Below, in pieces: positions 20,217-30,320 of a stretch of 64,000 nucleotides of DNA. A model generated the notes under the pieces. It did not search any database, was not told the origin of the DNA, and saw only the letters and a program-made list of their open reading frames with translations. The DNA lies in assembly GCA_025454755.1 (NCBI GenBank), contig JALONV010000001.1, forward strand, positions 11,950 through 75,949. The letters are read 5' to 3'. The first letter of the stretch is position 1. Every line of letters starts with the position of its first letter. The position numbers were made by a program, and so were the translations under genes. The stretch is from Bacteroidales bacterium (GTDB taxonomy: Bacteria > Bacteroidota > Bacteroidia > Bacteroidales > VadinHA17).

Positions 20217-21080
20217 TCAGATAGTGTTAAGCACTTTGCATGCTAAATCCATTATAAGCGGCTTGTAATCATTAATAAAGACCCCCGACACCCTGTTCCC
20301 GATTACCAGACAGATTGTCAGGGCTTTATGTCCGAGCATACCCGAAAGTCCGTAGATGGCAGAGCTTTCCATTTCATAGTTGGCTATAAACCTTCCCCTG
20401 AATGAAAACTCCGAAAGCTTATTGTTTATTTCACTGTCAAAGGTATTAAGTCTTAGACTCCTGCCCTGAGGTGCATAAAACCCCGGAGCTGAGATAGTGA
20501 TGCCTTTTATAAAATTCTCATTCTTGAAGAGCTCTATAAGCTCCTTGCTTGCATTTACGGCATAAGGGTAGGAGAGAGTGTCAGGCCACTCAAGATACTG
20601 CACCAGCACATCTGAAAGTGTTGTGTCGAGCAGCCAGTCATAACCTTCATAGAAATGCAGGAGACCGTCAAAACCGATTGCTGTCTCAGTGAGAACAGAT
20701 GAACCGGCAGGAACGTCTTCTCTCAGCCCCCCTGATGTTCCCAGTCTTACAAATGTCAGGGAAACCGGCTCTTCTTTGGCAATTCCTGTCTTAAGGTCGA
20801 TATTTACCAGCGCATCAAGTTCGTTAATAAGGATGTCGATATTATCTGTGCCAATGCCTGAAGAAATTATGGTTATCTCCCTGCCTTCATAGTTACCTGT
20901 GACAGTTCTGAACTCGCGGTTTTGCTTGCTTACACGAATATCTGTAAGGAGTGTTGAAAGCATATCCACACGACCGGGATCTCCCACTATTATTATCTTA
21001 TCTGAGATATCTGCCGGAAGCAGGTTTAAATGAAAGATGCTTCCGTCACTGTTGGTTATCAGTTCGGTTTTTTTCTGCAT
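20217..21080 (-). CDS. Nucleoside phosphorylase (PNP/UDP family 1)
   Basis: 'IIIVGDPGRV', 'ISSGIGTDNIDILINEL' and 'RLGTSGGL' are typical of uridine/purine nucleoside phosphorylase family proteins. Confidence 0.7.
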   Translation of the reverse strand: MQKKTELITNSDGSIFHLNLLPADISDKIIIVGDPGRVDMLSTLLTDIRVSKQNREFRTVTGNYEGREITIISSGIGTDNIDILINELDALVNIDLKTGIAKEEPVSLTFVRLGTSGGLREDVPAGSSVLTETAIGFDGLLHFYEGYDWLLDTTLSDVLVQYLEWPDTLSYPYAVNASKELIELFKNENFIKGITISAPGFYAPQGRSLRLNTFDSEINNKLSEFSFRGRFIANYEMESSAIYGLSGMLGHKALTICLVIGNRVSGVFINDYKPLIMDLACKVLNTI

Positions 21081-21123
21081 ATTGCTGATTTGAGGAGCAA
21101 ATTTAAGAAAATCCCACTAACCG

Positions 21124-22446
21124 CTACCGGTAATAATCCAATATTCTTCCAGATATAAGATTCAATGAGATCTCTGCCAGCTTTGTCTGGTATTGCACTG
21201 AAAGGAGACTCTCCCTTGCATCAAGAAGACTTTTCTGGACTTCGCGAAGTTCAATGCCGGAGAGACTGCCAAGTTTATACCGTTCCATTGCTATTGTAAG
21301 GTTCTCAGTAGCTGTCGCGAGATTCTGCTGCTCCAGCTCTATGAGCCTCAGATAATTGCTGTAGGCACTGTAAATTGTTATGAGATCGGCCTTTACTCCC
21401 TGTTCGATTTCCTGGTATTTAAGTTCCTTATTCTGAACTTCAATTGATGAGTTTCGGATGCTCCGGCGCTGATTGAGTCCATCGAAGATATTAAATCCCA
21501 TTGTCACCCCATAACTCAGTCCATTGGTCTGTTGATTTGTTGTTGAGCTGCTTGAATATGTGTTGTAATAATAGTTATAGCCTGATGTAGCAGTTATGTA
21601 TGGATAAGACCTTGATTTTGCCAGTCTGTAATCGTATTCTGATATTGTCTTGTTTCTTGAGGCAATAAGCAGGCTGGTATTCTTTGACAGCGTTTCCTCA
21701 AGCAGTTTTTGATAAAGAAGATTATGATCAACCTCAATCGTTGTATCCCTTGTCACAAACTGACCGCTAAGGTCCTCAACAGCCATTAGCTCGTTAAGTC
21801 TTATCTGGGCAGCCCTCACAATCTCACACTGCTTTGAAAGCCTGGAACTGTCTGCATTCAGGTAAACCTTTGATTGTAAAACCTGAAGCTTGGAGTTGGA
21901 ACCGAGCAGGTACCGGTCTTCATCGATCCTTAGTCGTTCTTTTGACAGTATGACTGCATATACAAGATTGTTAAGGAGCTTTACCTGCTGAATATAATTA
22001 TAATAACCAGATACAATGTCTGCCACGAGGTTCTCCACAGCCATTTGCGTATTAAGTTCTCCGACTTTTTTTAACTCACCAAGCTTCCTATAGGTCGTTG
22101 AAACACTAAAGCCATCAAAAATAGTCAGTCCGAGAGTTAGCTGAGCGTTGCTTGCTGTGTTATACACATCATCTGTGAAACTGCCTGTAGTATCTCCAGG
22201 GTTTGTTCTGGTGTCGTTCAGAGTGCCGCTGTGTCTGCTGCTCAGATCAAGAGTCGGAAGGAATCCTGCATTCCCGGCAGTGTGGTTGTTCTTTGCAATT
22301 GCTTCACTGTTTCTTGTAATTAAAAGTGAATAGTTCTTCTCCAGACCTGTTTGTATACAATCTTTGATATCATAGACTTTCTGTGGGAAAGCCGATGTAC
22401 CTGTCATTACCAGGAGAAGACTAAACGGCAACAACCTCATTTTCAT
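21124..22446 (-). CDS. TolC-family outer membrane efflux protein
   Basis: Signal peptide 'MKMRLLPFSLLLVMTGTSAFPQ'. The two-repeat OEP architecture is inferred from length and the operon with RND/MFP genes. The track start at 22500 lies inside the RND gene, so the ATG at 22446 or 22440 is preferred. Confidence 0.85.
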   Translation of the reverse strand: MKMRLLPFSLLLVMTGTSAFPQKVYDIKDCIQTGLEKNYSLLITRNSEAIAKNNHTAGNAGFLPTLDLSSRHSGTLNDTRTNPGDTTGSFTDDVYNTASNAQLTLGLTIFDGFSVSTTYRKLGELKKVGELNTQMAVENLVADIVSGYYNYIQQVKLLNNLVYAVILSKERLRIDEDRYLLGSNSKLQVLQSKVYLNADSSRLSKQCEIVRAAQIRLNELMAVEDLSGQFVTRDTTIEVDHNLLYQKLLEETLSKNTSLLIASRNKTISEYDYRLAKSRSYPYITATSGYNYYYNTYSSSSTTNQQTNGLSYGVTMGFNIFDGLNQRRSIRNSSIEVQNKELKYQEIEQGVKADLITIYSAYSNYLRLIELEQQNLATATENLTIAMERYKLGSLSGIELREVQKSLLDARESLLSVQYQTKLAEISLNLISGRILDYYR

Positions 22447-25400
22447 CACTCTTCTTTTTTGTTTCACTTGATATGAAAGTATAGATTGCGGGAACAACAA
22501 AAAGTGTCAGGAACGTTGCGAAGATCATCCCTCCGACAACTGCAATACCCATTGCAACACGGCTTTGAGCTCCTTCTCCAAAACCAAGTGCAAGTGGTGA
22601 GATTCCAAGTATTGTTGCAAGGCTGGTCATCAGGATTGGACGGAAGCGTGCAGCCGCTGCATATTTAATGGCTTCTAATTTTGACATTCCTGCACTTTTC
22701 CTCTGATTGGCAAATTCAACTATCAGGATTCCATTCTTTGAAACAAGACCGATAAGCATGATCAGTCCGATCTGACTGAAGATGTTCATGGTAATATCGA
22801 AATACCACATGAATGCAAGAGCTCCGGTAAGAGCAAGCGGAACTGTCATCATAACGATAATAGGATCCTTGAAGCTCTCAAACTGGGCCGCAAGCACCAG
22901 GAAGATGAGTACAAGTGCAAGAGAAAATGCAAACATGAGACTTGATGAACTTTCGACGAAATCCTTTGAATCGCCTGCAAGTGCCGTTCTGAAAGAATCG
23001 TCAAGTACCTCCTTTGCGATTCGGTCCATCTCATCGAGTCCTTCACTTATAGTTTTCCCCTTAGCAAGACCTGCAGATATGGTGGCAGCTACGAACCTGT
23101 TATAGCGGTAAAGTTGCGGAGGCGCTGTCTCTTCTGACAGTGTGACGAGATTATCGAACTGTATCATCTCTCCCTGGTCATTTCTTACATATAGCGATTT
23201 CAGGTCAAGCGGTTTGTTGCGATCTTCCCTGGCAAGTTCTCCGAGTATCTGGTACTGTTTGCCATTCATAAAGAAGTATCCGAACCTCTGACCACTGAGT
23301 GCCAATTGAAGCGTTTGACCTATATTTTGTGTGGAAACACCCAGTGTTGTGGCTTTGTCGCGGTTAATATGTATCCTTAATTCGGGTTTTGTGAATTTCA
23401 GGTTTACGTCAGCCATCTGGAGAACATCGCTTTCACTTACTTTTGCCATAAATTCCGGCAGAACTCCTCTCAGTTTCTCGATACTGGTTGCCTGGAGAAC
23501 ATACTGTACAGGCATACCGGCTCTTCTGCCTCCAAAAGTTGACTGCTGCTGAACAAAAGAGCGGGCTTTTGTCTTGGTCCGCAGGTCGATTGCAAGTTGA
23601 TCAGCTATTTCCTGTTGCGTGCGGTATCTCTCGTCAGGTTTGTTTAGCATTATTCTGATCATTGCAAAGCTTCCTCCCCTGATCATTTGTGTGTAACGTA
23701 GTCTTTCTGGCACTTTTTGCTCAACTAATCTTGCTATATCGTTGGAATAGTCCAGTATATATTCATAGGTTGCTCCTTCTGGTGCTGACATGTTGATAGA
23801 TATTTGCGAACGGTCTTCCAGAGGAGCCATCTCAGCAGGTATGGTTTTCCAGAGAAGGACAATCAGAACAAGCGACACTACAAGAATAACGAACGCCCAT
23901 CTTCTGTGATTAAGAAAAGATTCCAGCGCTTTCCTGTACCATTTGTTGAGCCTTTCGAAGAATCTTTCTGTTTTTCTGAAAAACCAGCTGTGCCGTTTTT
24001 CATGCCTGAGAAGTTTCGTCGACACCATGGGTGTTAAGGAGAGCGCCAGAAAAGCCGATATAATAACTGCCCCAGCCATGACGATGCTGAATTCCCTGAA
24101 AAGGCGCCCTGTTATGCCCTGAAGGAAAACGATGGGGAAGAAGACAGAAACAAGGGTGATAGTTGTTGAAATGATTGCAAAATAGATCTCTTTGGAACCT
24201 TTGAGCCCGGCTTCAAGAGGTGGAATTCCTGACTCTACCTTCACATATATATTTTCCATGACAACAATAGCATCATCTACAACAATCCCGATCGCCAGCA
24301 CTATGGCGAGAAGTGTAAGAACATTTATTGTAAATCCCGCTAAATACATAATAAAGAAGGAACCAACCAGCGAAATTGGAATTACAAGAATAGGTATCAG
24401 CGTTGCCCTCCAGCTTCGGAGGAAGAAATAGATTATCACCACCACAAGGCAAAATGCAACATAAATAGTATTCTTTACCTCCTTGATTGAAGACCGGATA
24501 TACTCAGTATTATCATAGTTTATATTGATCCTGACATCATCAGGAAGGTTTTTCCTTATGTATTCAAGACGACGGTATACCTCATCGACAATATCAATAT
24601 GGTTTGAGCCTGGCTGGGGGATCATTGCGATCTGTACCATAGGCACACCGTCCCTCTTTAATATGCCCCTGATATCTTCAGGTCCAAGCTCGGCTCTGCC
24701 TATATCCCTGAACCTCACGACCTGATCACCTGACATTTTTATAATCAGATCGTTAAACTCCTTTGGAGTTGTCATGAGGCCGAGTGTCCTTATCGTTAGT
24801 TGTGTATTGGTGCCCTCAATCGAACCTGATGGAAGCTCCACATTTTCACGGGATATAGCACTTCTTACATCCATGGGGGTGAGACCGTAGCCAGCAAGTT
24901 TTAACGGGTCGATCCATAGTCTCATTGAATATCTCTTCTCTCCAAAAATACTTACCGCACTAACACCTGAAATTGTCTGAAGCTGTTCCTTCAGAGTAAG
25001 ATCGGCAATCTCGGAGAGCTGAAGTAATGATCTCTTACTGCTTTCTACGGTAAGAAATAGTATGGGATTTGCGTCGGCGTCTGCTTTGGCAACAGTTGGC
25101 GGATCACAATCGCGGGGTAATAGTCTTGTAGCCTGTGACACCTTATCCCTTACATCGTTTGCTGCAGTCTCCAGATCGACGGACAACTCGAATTCAACTG
25201 TAATATTACTTCCTCCCTGGCGGCTGACACTGGTAAGTGTACGGACGCCGGGAATACCATTGATATTCTGCTCGAGAGGTTCGGTTATCTGGGTTTCAAT
25301 TACATCAGAATTTGCTCCCGGATATGAGGTACTCACTGTAATGATTGCAGGATCGACACTTGGGAATTCCCTTACACCCAGATAGGTCAATCCGACAAAT

Positions 25401-25474
25401 CCGAATAGCAATATAATAATTGCAAATACTGTAGCCAGTACCGGTCTGTTGATGCTTGTTGATGAAAGACTCAT
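22421..25474 (-). CDS. RND efflux pump permease (AcrB/AcrD/AcrF family)
   Basis: 1017 aa. The N-terminal 'SINRPVLATVFAIIILLFG' and 'VVDDAIVVMENI' are typical HAE1 RND motifs, in a 12-TM architecture. Confidence 0.95.
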   Translation of the reverse strand: MSLSSTSINRPVLATVFAIIILLFGFVGLTYLGVREFPSVDPAIITVSTSYPGANSDVIETQITEPLEQNINGIPGVRTLTSVSRQGGSNITVEFELSVDLETAANDVRDKVSQATRLLPRDCDPPTVAKADADANPILFLTVESSKRSLLQLSEIADLTLKEQLQTISGVSAVSIFGEKRYSMRLWIDPLKLAGYGLTPMDVRSAISRENVELPSGSIEGTNTQLTIRTLGLMTTPKEFNDLIIKMSGDQVVRFRDIGRAELGPEDIRGILKRDGVPMVQIAMIPQPGSNHIDIVDEVYRRLEYIRKNLPDDVRININYDNTEYIRSSIKEVKNTIYVAFCLVVVIIYFFLRSWRATLIPILVIPISLVGSFFIMYLAGFTINVLTLLAIVLAIGIVVDDAIVVMENIYVKVESGIPPLEAGLKGSKEIYFAIISTTITLVSVFFPIVFLQGITGRLFREFSIVMAGAVIISAFLALSLTPMVSTKLLRHEKRHSWFFRKTERFFERLNKWYRKALESFLNHRRWAFVILVVSLVLIVLLWKTIPAEMAPLEDRSQISINMSAPEGATYEYILDYSNDIARLVEQKVPERLRYTQMIRGGSFAMIRIMLNKPDERYRTQQEIADQLAIDLRTKTKARSFVQQQSTFGGRRAGMPVQYVLQATSIEKLRGVLPEFMAKVSESDVLQMADVNLKFTKPELRIHINRDKATTLGVSTQNIGQTLQLALSGQRFGYFFMNGKQYQILGELAREDRNKPLDLKSLYVRNDQGEMIQFDNLVTLSEETAPPQLYRYNRFVAATISAGLAKGKTISEGLDEMDRIAKEVLDDSFRTALAGDSKDFVESSSSLMFAFSLALVLIFLVLAAQFESFKDPIIVMMTVPLALTGALAFMWYFDITMNIFSQIGLIMLIGLVSKNGILIVEFANQRKSAGMSKLEAIKYAAAARFRPILMTSLATILGISPLALGFGEGAQSRVAMGIAVVGGMIFATFLTLFVVPAIYTFISSETKKKSDENEVVAV

Positions 25475-25492
25475 AGATTGGGTATTGGCTGA

Positions 25493-26605
25493 TTATTGTT
25501 TCTTTATCAGGGTGTCGAGCACAACAGGAAGGTTATGACGCAGCTGCAGAATGCCTGATGTGATAAGCGTATCACCAAACTTTAGTCCGTCAGTGATCTG
25601 AACCATCGATTCGGTTCGAAGCCCTGTGCTGATTTTGACAGATGTCGCTTTCCCACTCCGGTATACATACACCATTTCTCCATCCATTTCAGGGGTGATG
25701 GCTTCGCTGGGAATAGAAACAGCATTCTCAATTTTTGACAGTAAAAGCGTGACTGTCGCAAAATGTCCGGATTTCAGTTCTTCGTTCTTATTTGGATAAA
25801 TTGCCCTTATTACAATGGACCTGGTCTCTTCAACGATCCTTGGATCGACTGCATATACAGCAGCCTGGTATAACTCATTGCTGCCTTCAATTGCAAATGT
25901 CACAGGATAACCTATATTGACCTGGTTTGCATAACGCTCAGGGATTGAAAAGTCAAGTTTCAGCGGGCTTACTTTCACCAGCTTTGCTATTTTGGTGGAT
26001 GGATTGGCGTAGCTTCCTTCGCTAAGATAGCGAACGCCAATTGTTCCGTCGAAAGGAGCACGCATCTCTGTTTCAGATATCCTGGCTCTTATAAGATTTA
26101 TATCAGCCTGGATTGTCTGGAGTTCTGTAACTATTTGATCATAACTCTCCTGGCTTATTGCGTCCTTATCAAGAAGGGAACGCTGTCTGAACTCTTTTTC
26201 CCCGACCAGTTTTTTTTGTGCCTGAAGCTTCTGAAGCTGTGCCTGGAGAGGCCTGTCATTTATTTTAGCAAGCAAATCCCCTTTCCTTACACGTTTACCC
26301 TCTGTAAAATTTATTCCTACGATTTTCCCCGATGTTTCAAAAGATAAATCAACTTCTTCATCCGGGCGTGTCGAACCAGTGCTTTTATATAGATCGCTCA
26401 TATTGGCCGGTTCTATAAGAAATCCGCTGACACTCAGAATCTGGCGACCCTGACCGCTACCAGGGCCACGTCCTGCTGAAGGACCGGAAGTGTTTTGTTT
26501 CCCGGAAAGTGATGCTAAAAGCGGTTTTATCTTTGGATAAAAGATTACGACAGCCAGCAGTACAATTATTAAAACCGATATGGTAATCTTCAGACCTTTC
26601 TTCAT
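25493..26605 (-). CDS. RND efflux periplasmic adaptor (MFP/HlyD family)
   Basis: N-terminal anchor, a lipoyl-like 'VRKGDLLAKI', a coiled-coil 'LQAQLQKLQAQKKL', and a beta-barrel C-terminus. First gene of the efflux operon. Confidence 0.9.
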   Translation of the reverse strand: MKKGLKITISVLIIVLLAVVIFYPKIKPLLASLSGKQNTSGPSAGRGPGSGQGRQILSVSGFLIEPANMSDLYKSTGSTRPDEEVDLSFETSGKIVGINFTEGKRVRKGDLLAKINDRPLQAQLQKLQAQKKLVGEKEFRQRSLLDKDAISQESYDQIVTELQTIQADINLIRARISETEMRAPFDGTIGVRYLSEGSYANPSTKIAKLVKVSPLKLDFSIPERYANQVNIGYPVTFAIEGSNELYQAAVYAVDPRIVEETRSIVIRAIYPNKNEELKSGHFATVTLLLSKIENAVSIPSEAITPEMDGEMVYVYRSGKATSVKISTGLRTESMVQITDGLKFGDTLITSGILQLRHNLPVVLDTLIKKQ

Positions 26606-26856
26606 ATATTGAGATATATTAACGACCGCATATCATATTTGCAGTCAGTTTATTTTGTCGTTTCTAAATAAAGGTTAGCCTGTTGTTCCGGCAATTGACA
26701 AATGTAGATAATTTGCACGTTAAAAGGATTCCGGTCATTTTGAAAATATGTTAAATTATCATAAAAGTTCCGTAGCCGCGTTATTCGGTTTGCTGAGGTC
26801 TTAAAAGGTTTTTTAAAATAAAAACCATTAATTTTACAACTAAATAATAGCGGAAA

Positions 26857-27324
26857 ATGATCCAGCGGATTCAAACACTTTACTTGATATTGACAACAAT
26901 ACTGTCAGTTTTATTCCTTAACGGACATATTATTAAATATGCTGAAGGATCCGAAAATATTCTTTCCATTGGTTCTGGAGTGATCAGGATAATGAATAAT
27001 ACCGGAGGATATGAAACTGTATGGATACTGGTATTGCTTGCTTCTCTGGTTATATTAATATTCCTTATTTCAGTTATTTCAATATTCTTCTACAGGAAAA
27101 GAAAGATCCAGATCAAAATGGCAGCAACCATTATTATCCTTGTCTGCCTTCTGATACTTGCCTCAGCATATTATTATATTTCTGTGGCAAGAGAATACAA
27201 TGGTGGGATCAAGCCAGGCATAAATGTAATTATACTTCCGGTGATGCTGCTGTTTTCTTATCTTACTTTCAGGGGAATAAGGAAGGACGAGGAACTAGTT
27301 AAATCGTATGACAGGCTGCGCTAA
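26857..27324 (+). CDS. DUF4293-like small membrane protein
   Basis: The 'MIQRIQTLYLILTTIL' N-terminus and a 4-TM layout are typical of the Bacteroidota DUF4293 family. Confidence 0.6.
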   Translation: MIQRIQTLYLILTTILSVLFLNGHIIKYAEGSENILSIGSGVIRIMNNTGGYETVWILVLLASLVILIFLISVISIFFYRKRKIQIKMAATIIILVCLLILASAYYYISVAREYNGGIKPGINVIILPVMLLFSYLTFRGIRKDEELVKSYDRLR

Positions 27325-27782
27325 ATTATCTGAAGATTTTCCTGGTCTGTTATCTTCTCGCAGTAGTGGCACTTCAGCGCAACATTTTTCTTTGAAACAA
27401 CTTTGAAGCGTGTCATAACATGCTCAAAGTTGGTGATGCATTTTGGATTCATGCATCTGGCTATTCCGGTAATCGTATCAGGCACTTCGACAACTTTCTT
27501 TTCCACCACCTCGTAATCCCTGATGATATTCAGCTTGGCATCAGGAGCAACAAGGGCGATCCTGTTTATATCGTCATCAGCAAAGAATTTCTCCGAGATC
27601 TTTATGATTGCCTTCTTTCCGAGTTTCTTGCTATCGAGGTTTGTTCCAAAGGTTATCTGCTGATCGATCTTGTCCAGGCCAAGTATCTGGATAACTTTGA
27701 AAAGGTGCTTTGCAGGGATATGATCAATAACAGTTCCGTTCTGTATTGCGCTTACGCTTAATTGTTTTGGTTCCTTTTTCAT
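27321..27782 (-). CDS. pyrI: Aspartate carbamoyltransferase regulatory subunit
   Basis: 'LSVSAIQNGTVIDHIPA' and the C-terminal zinc motif 'CMNPKC...CHYC'. It lies immediately downstream of pyrB. The ATG at 27782 is preferred over the track start at 27821, which overlaps pyrB. Confidence 0.85.
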   Translation of the reverse strand: MKKEPKQLSVSAIQNGTVIDHIPAKHLFKVIQILGLDKIDQQITFGTNLDSKKLGKKAIIKISEKFFADDDINRIALVAPDAKLNIIRDYEVVEKKVVEVPDTITGIARCMNPKCITNFEHVMTRFKVVSKKNVALKCHYCEKITDQENLQII

Positions 27783-27796
27783 AATTCTGCCCTCCG

Positions 27797-28705
27797 TCAG
27801 TTTATTCCTAGAAGTGTGCAAAGTATAGCTTGCCTGGTAAATACACCGTTCAGTGCCTGTTCAAAGTAATATGCCTTTGGATTGGTGTCGACATCGGTAT
27901 TTATCTCATTTACCCTGGGCAGAGGATGAAGGATACGCATATTATGCTTCGTATTGCCCAGCATTGAGTTTCTCAGCACATATACATTCTTTACCTTTTC
28001 ATATTCAATAGGGTCTGAAAATCTCTCTTTCTGAACCCTTGTCATGTAAATAATGTCGGCTTTGGAGATTATATCAGTGAAATCAGTATGCTCATAATAC
28101 TTGAGTCCAAGATTATCGAGATATAGCTTGAATTCATCAGGCATCCGGAGCTCCTCAGGAGAGATGAAATTGAATGTAGCATTCCATCTAGACATTGCCA
28201 TCATCAGTGAATGAACGGTTCTGCCGTATTTCAGGTCGCCGACCATGAAAATGTTCAGGTTGTCAAGTGTGCCCTGTGTTTTCCTTATGGAATATAGATC
28301 CAGAAGTGTCTGTGTGGGATGTTGATTGGCACCGTCTCCTGCATTAATTACCGGCACCGAAGCGACTTCACTGGCGAATCTTGCACTACCTTCAATGGGA
28401 TGTCTCATAACTATAAGATCGCTGTAGCTGCTCACCATCTTTATGGTGTCGTGAAGTGTTTCCCCCTTTGTCACACTGGTACTTGATGAATCTGAAAAGC
28501 CAACAATTTTGCCTCCAAGACGGTTGATTGCGCTTTCAAAGCTTAGGCGTGTACGGGTTGAAGGCTCAAAAAAAAGTGTCGCAATTACTTTGCCTTCCAG
28601 TAACTTTCTGACAGGTTGTTTTTCAAACCCTTCTGCCATGTCAAGTATTTTGAGTGTCTCCTCTTTTGAGAAATCGTCAATTGAAACTAAACTCCTGGTT
28701 TTCAT
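27797..28705 (-). CDS. pyrB: Aspartate carbamoyltransferase catalytic subunit
   Basis: '[13 protein letters not shown]' (the STRTR carbamoyl-phosphate motif), 'HPTQ' and 'HPLPR' motifs. Confidence 0.95.
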   Translation of the reverse strand: MKTRSLVSIDDFSKEETLKILDMAEGFEKQPVRKLLEGKVIATLFFEPSTRTRLSFESAINRLGGKIVGFSDSSSTSVTKGETLHDTIKMVSSYSDLIVMRHPIEGSARFASEVASVPVINAGDGANQHPTQTLLDLYSIRKTQGTLDNLNIFMVGDLKYGRTVHSLMMAMSRWNATFNFISPEELRMPDEFKLYLDNLGLKYYEHTDFTDIISKADIIYMTRVQKERFSDPIEYEKVKNVYVLRNSMLGNTKHNMRILHPLPRVNEINTDVDTNPKAYYFEQALNGVFTRQAILCTLLGIN

Positions 28706-28821
28706 TGGATTGGCACATTAAGAAAATGATACTGAACTTATGATAAAAGTACTCAAGATTAGGCAAAGTGTAAGACAGATGTTGATAATTAATTAACAAC
28801 TTTTGACTGCCTGCTAATATC

Positions 28822-29436
28822 CTATTTTTCAGAAAGGAATTTGTATTTAAGTCCTTCAATCCTGGAAAAGCGTGCCAATATCCTCTCTGTGGCAGAACGT
28901 CTGATGTGAATTGTAATCCGGCATTCCATGTCAAAAGAATGCCCTGATTGTCCGATATCTTCCTCCTTGATTATCTTCATTACGGTATTCATGGACGTAT
29001 AAGTGTAAAGTATCTCATACGATTCCATTATTATGTGCTCTGTTATCTCTGCATTGCTTAACGCGTTTTCTGCGGCAGTGCGGTAAGCGTTGATCAAACC
29101 GCTTACCCCCAGTAAAGTTCCTCCAAAATACCGTGAGACAACTATCAAAACATTAGTCAGCCCCGATGATCTGATCTGGCCTAAAATAGGTCTGCCTGCC
29201 GTGCCGGAGGGTTCTCCGTCGTCATTGGCTCTCCATGTTTCTCCCGTGGCACCGAGGATATAAGCATAGCAATGATGCCTTGCTTCATGGCGTTCTTTTC
29301 TGATCTCTTCAAGAACAGATTTGACTTCTGCTTCTGCGGCAATATGGAAGGCAGCAGAAACAAACCTGCTTCCCTTCTCTTTATATAGCCCGGAAGATGC
29401 AGATTTGATAGTCTTGTATGTATCAGATTCTGCCAA
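28822..29436 (-). CDS. yigZ: YigZ / IMPACT family protein
   Basis: 'KGSRF...', 'ARHHCYAY' and 'DDGEPSGTAGRPIL' are the UPF0029/IMPACT signature. Confidence 0.8.
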   Translation of the reverse strand: MAESDTYKTIKSASSGLYKEKGSRFVSAAFHIAAEAEVKSVLEEIRKERHEARHHCYAYILGATGETWRANDDGEPSGTAGRPILGQIRSSGLTNVLIVVSRYFGGTLLGVSGLINAYRTAAENALSNAEITEHIIMESYEILYTYTSMNTVMKIIKEEDIGQSGHSFDMECRITIHIRRSATERILARFSRIEGLKYKFLSEK

Positions 29437-29525
29437 AGTAGATCAATCTGCAATATTAATAAAACCAGCCGTGGAATTTCCCTATTCGGTAAAAAAACAT
29501 AAATTTGTTGTAATTGGAGGAAGAG

Positions 29526-29909
29526 ATGAGTGTATTACTGGATGAAAAAGATCTGCAGAAGCTTATTGTAATAGGCGACAGGATCCTTATTAAACCAAAA
29601 ACGCCTCAATCAAAAACAAAGAGCGGATTATACCTGCCTCCTGGTGTAAATGAGAATGAAAAGGTTCAGATCGGATATGTCTTGAAGGTTGGGCCGGGGT
29701 ATCCAATTCCTTCGGTAAATGATAATGATGAACCATGGAAGAACAGAACAGATGAGCCGAAATATGTGCCGCTTCAGCCTAAAGAGGGAGATCAGGCAGT
29801 ATACCTCCAGAACAGCGCCATTGAGATAGAATTCAATAAAGAGAAATATATGGTTGTACCCCACTCTGCAATACTGCTGCTTCTCAGGGATGACGGGCTT
29901 TTTGAATAA
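29526..29909 (+). CDS. GroES/Cpn10-like family protein
   Basis: 'IGDRILIKPK...KSGLYLP' resembles the Cpn10 N-terminal strand and mobile-loop pattern. It is longer and more divergent than canonical GroES and no groEL follows. Confidence 0.5.
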   Translation: MSVLLDEKDLQKLIVIGDRILIKPKTPQSKTKSGLYLPPGVNENEKVQIGYVLKVGPGYPIPSVNDNDEPWKNRTDEPKYVPLQPKEGDQAVYLQNSAIEIEFNKEKYMVVPHSAILLLLRDDGLFE

Positions 29910-29920
29910 TACACAAAGGA

Positions 29921-30301
29921 ATGAATTCTGAACTTCTGAAAGACAAGAAAATACTGATCGTCGAGGATGATTTGTCGAGCCGGTTATACCTCAACAAGAT
30001 ACTAGAGAGGACGGGAGCTATACTGTTGAATGCCGGTGACGGGATAGAAGCTATTGAAATGGTAACAGATGTCCCGGGAATAAATGTGATACTGATGGAT
30101 ATTCAGCTGCCGGTGATGGATGGATATACTTCTGCAAAAAAGATCAGGGAACTGGGCCTCGATTTAAAGATTATAGCACAGACAGCCTACGGACTTTCCG
30201 GGGATATGGAAAACATTCTTACATCAGGTTTTGACGATTATATTGTTAAACCTATCTATTCCGGGCAGCTTATTGAAATGCTCGAATCATGCCTTAGATA
30301 A
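29921..30301 (+). CDS. Stand-alone response-regulator receiver domain (CheY-like)
   Basis: 'ILIVEDD', 'ILMDIQLPVMDG' (phospho-acceptor Asp) and 'IAQTA...K' motifs. 126 aa with no output domain. Confidence 0.85.
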   Translation: MNSELLKDKKILIVEDDLSSRLYLNKILERTGAILLNAGDGIEAIEMVTDVPGINVILMDIQLPVMDGYTSAKKIRELGLDLKIIAQTAYGLSGDMENILTSGFDDYIVKPIYSGQLIEMLESCLR

Positions 30302-30320
30302 CTGAGTCCCGGAATATTCA

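Noticed and set aside
26650-26874. Minus-strand 74-aa ORF in the divergent promoter region between the efflux operon and the DUF4293 gene.
   Set aside because: It overlaps the DUF4293 start codon, has no motif, and lies in what is most likely a promoter region.
28677-29453. Overlapping minus-strand ORFs 28677..28934 (85 aa) and 29181..29453 (90 aa), and plus-strand 29321..29545.
   Set aside because: They are alternative frames over or beside the yigZ gene, which carries the IMPACT signature. No independent support.
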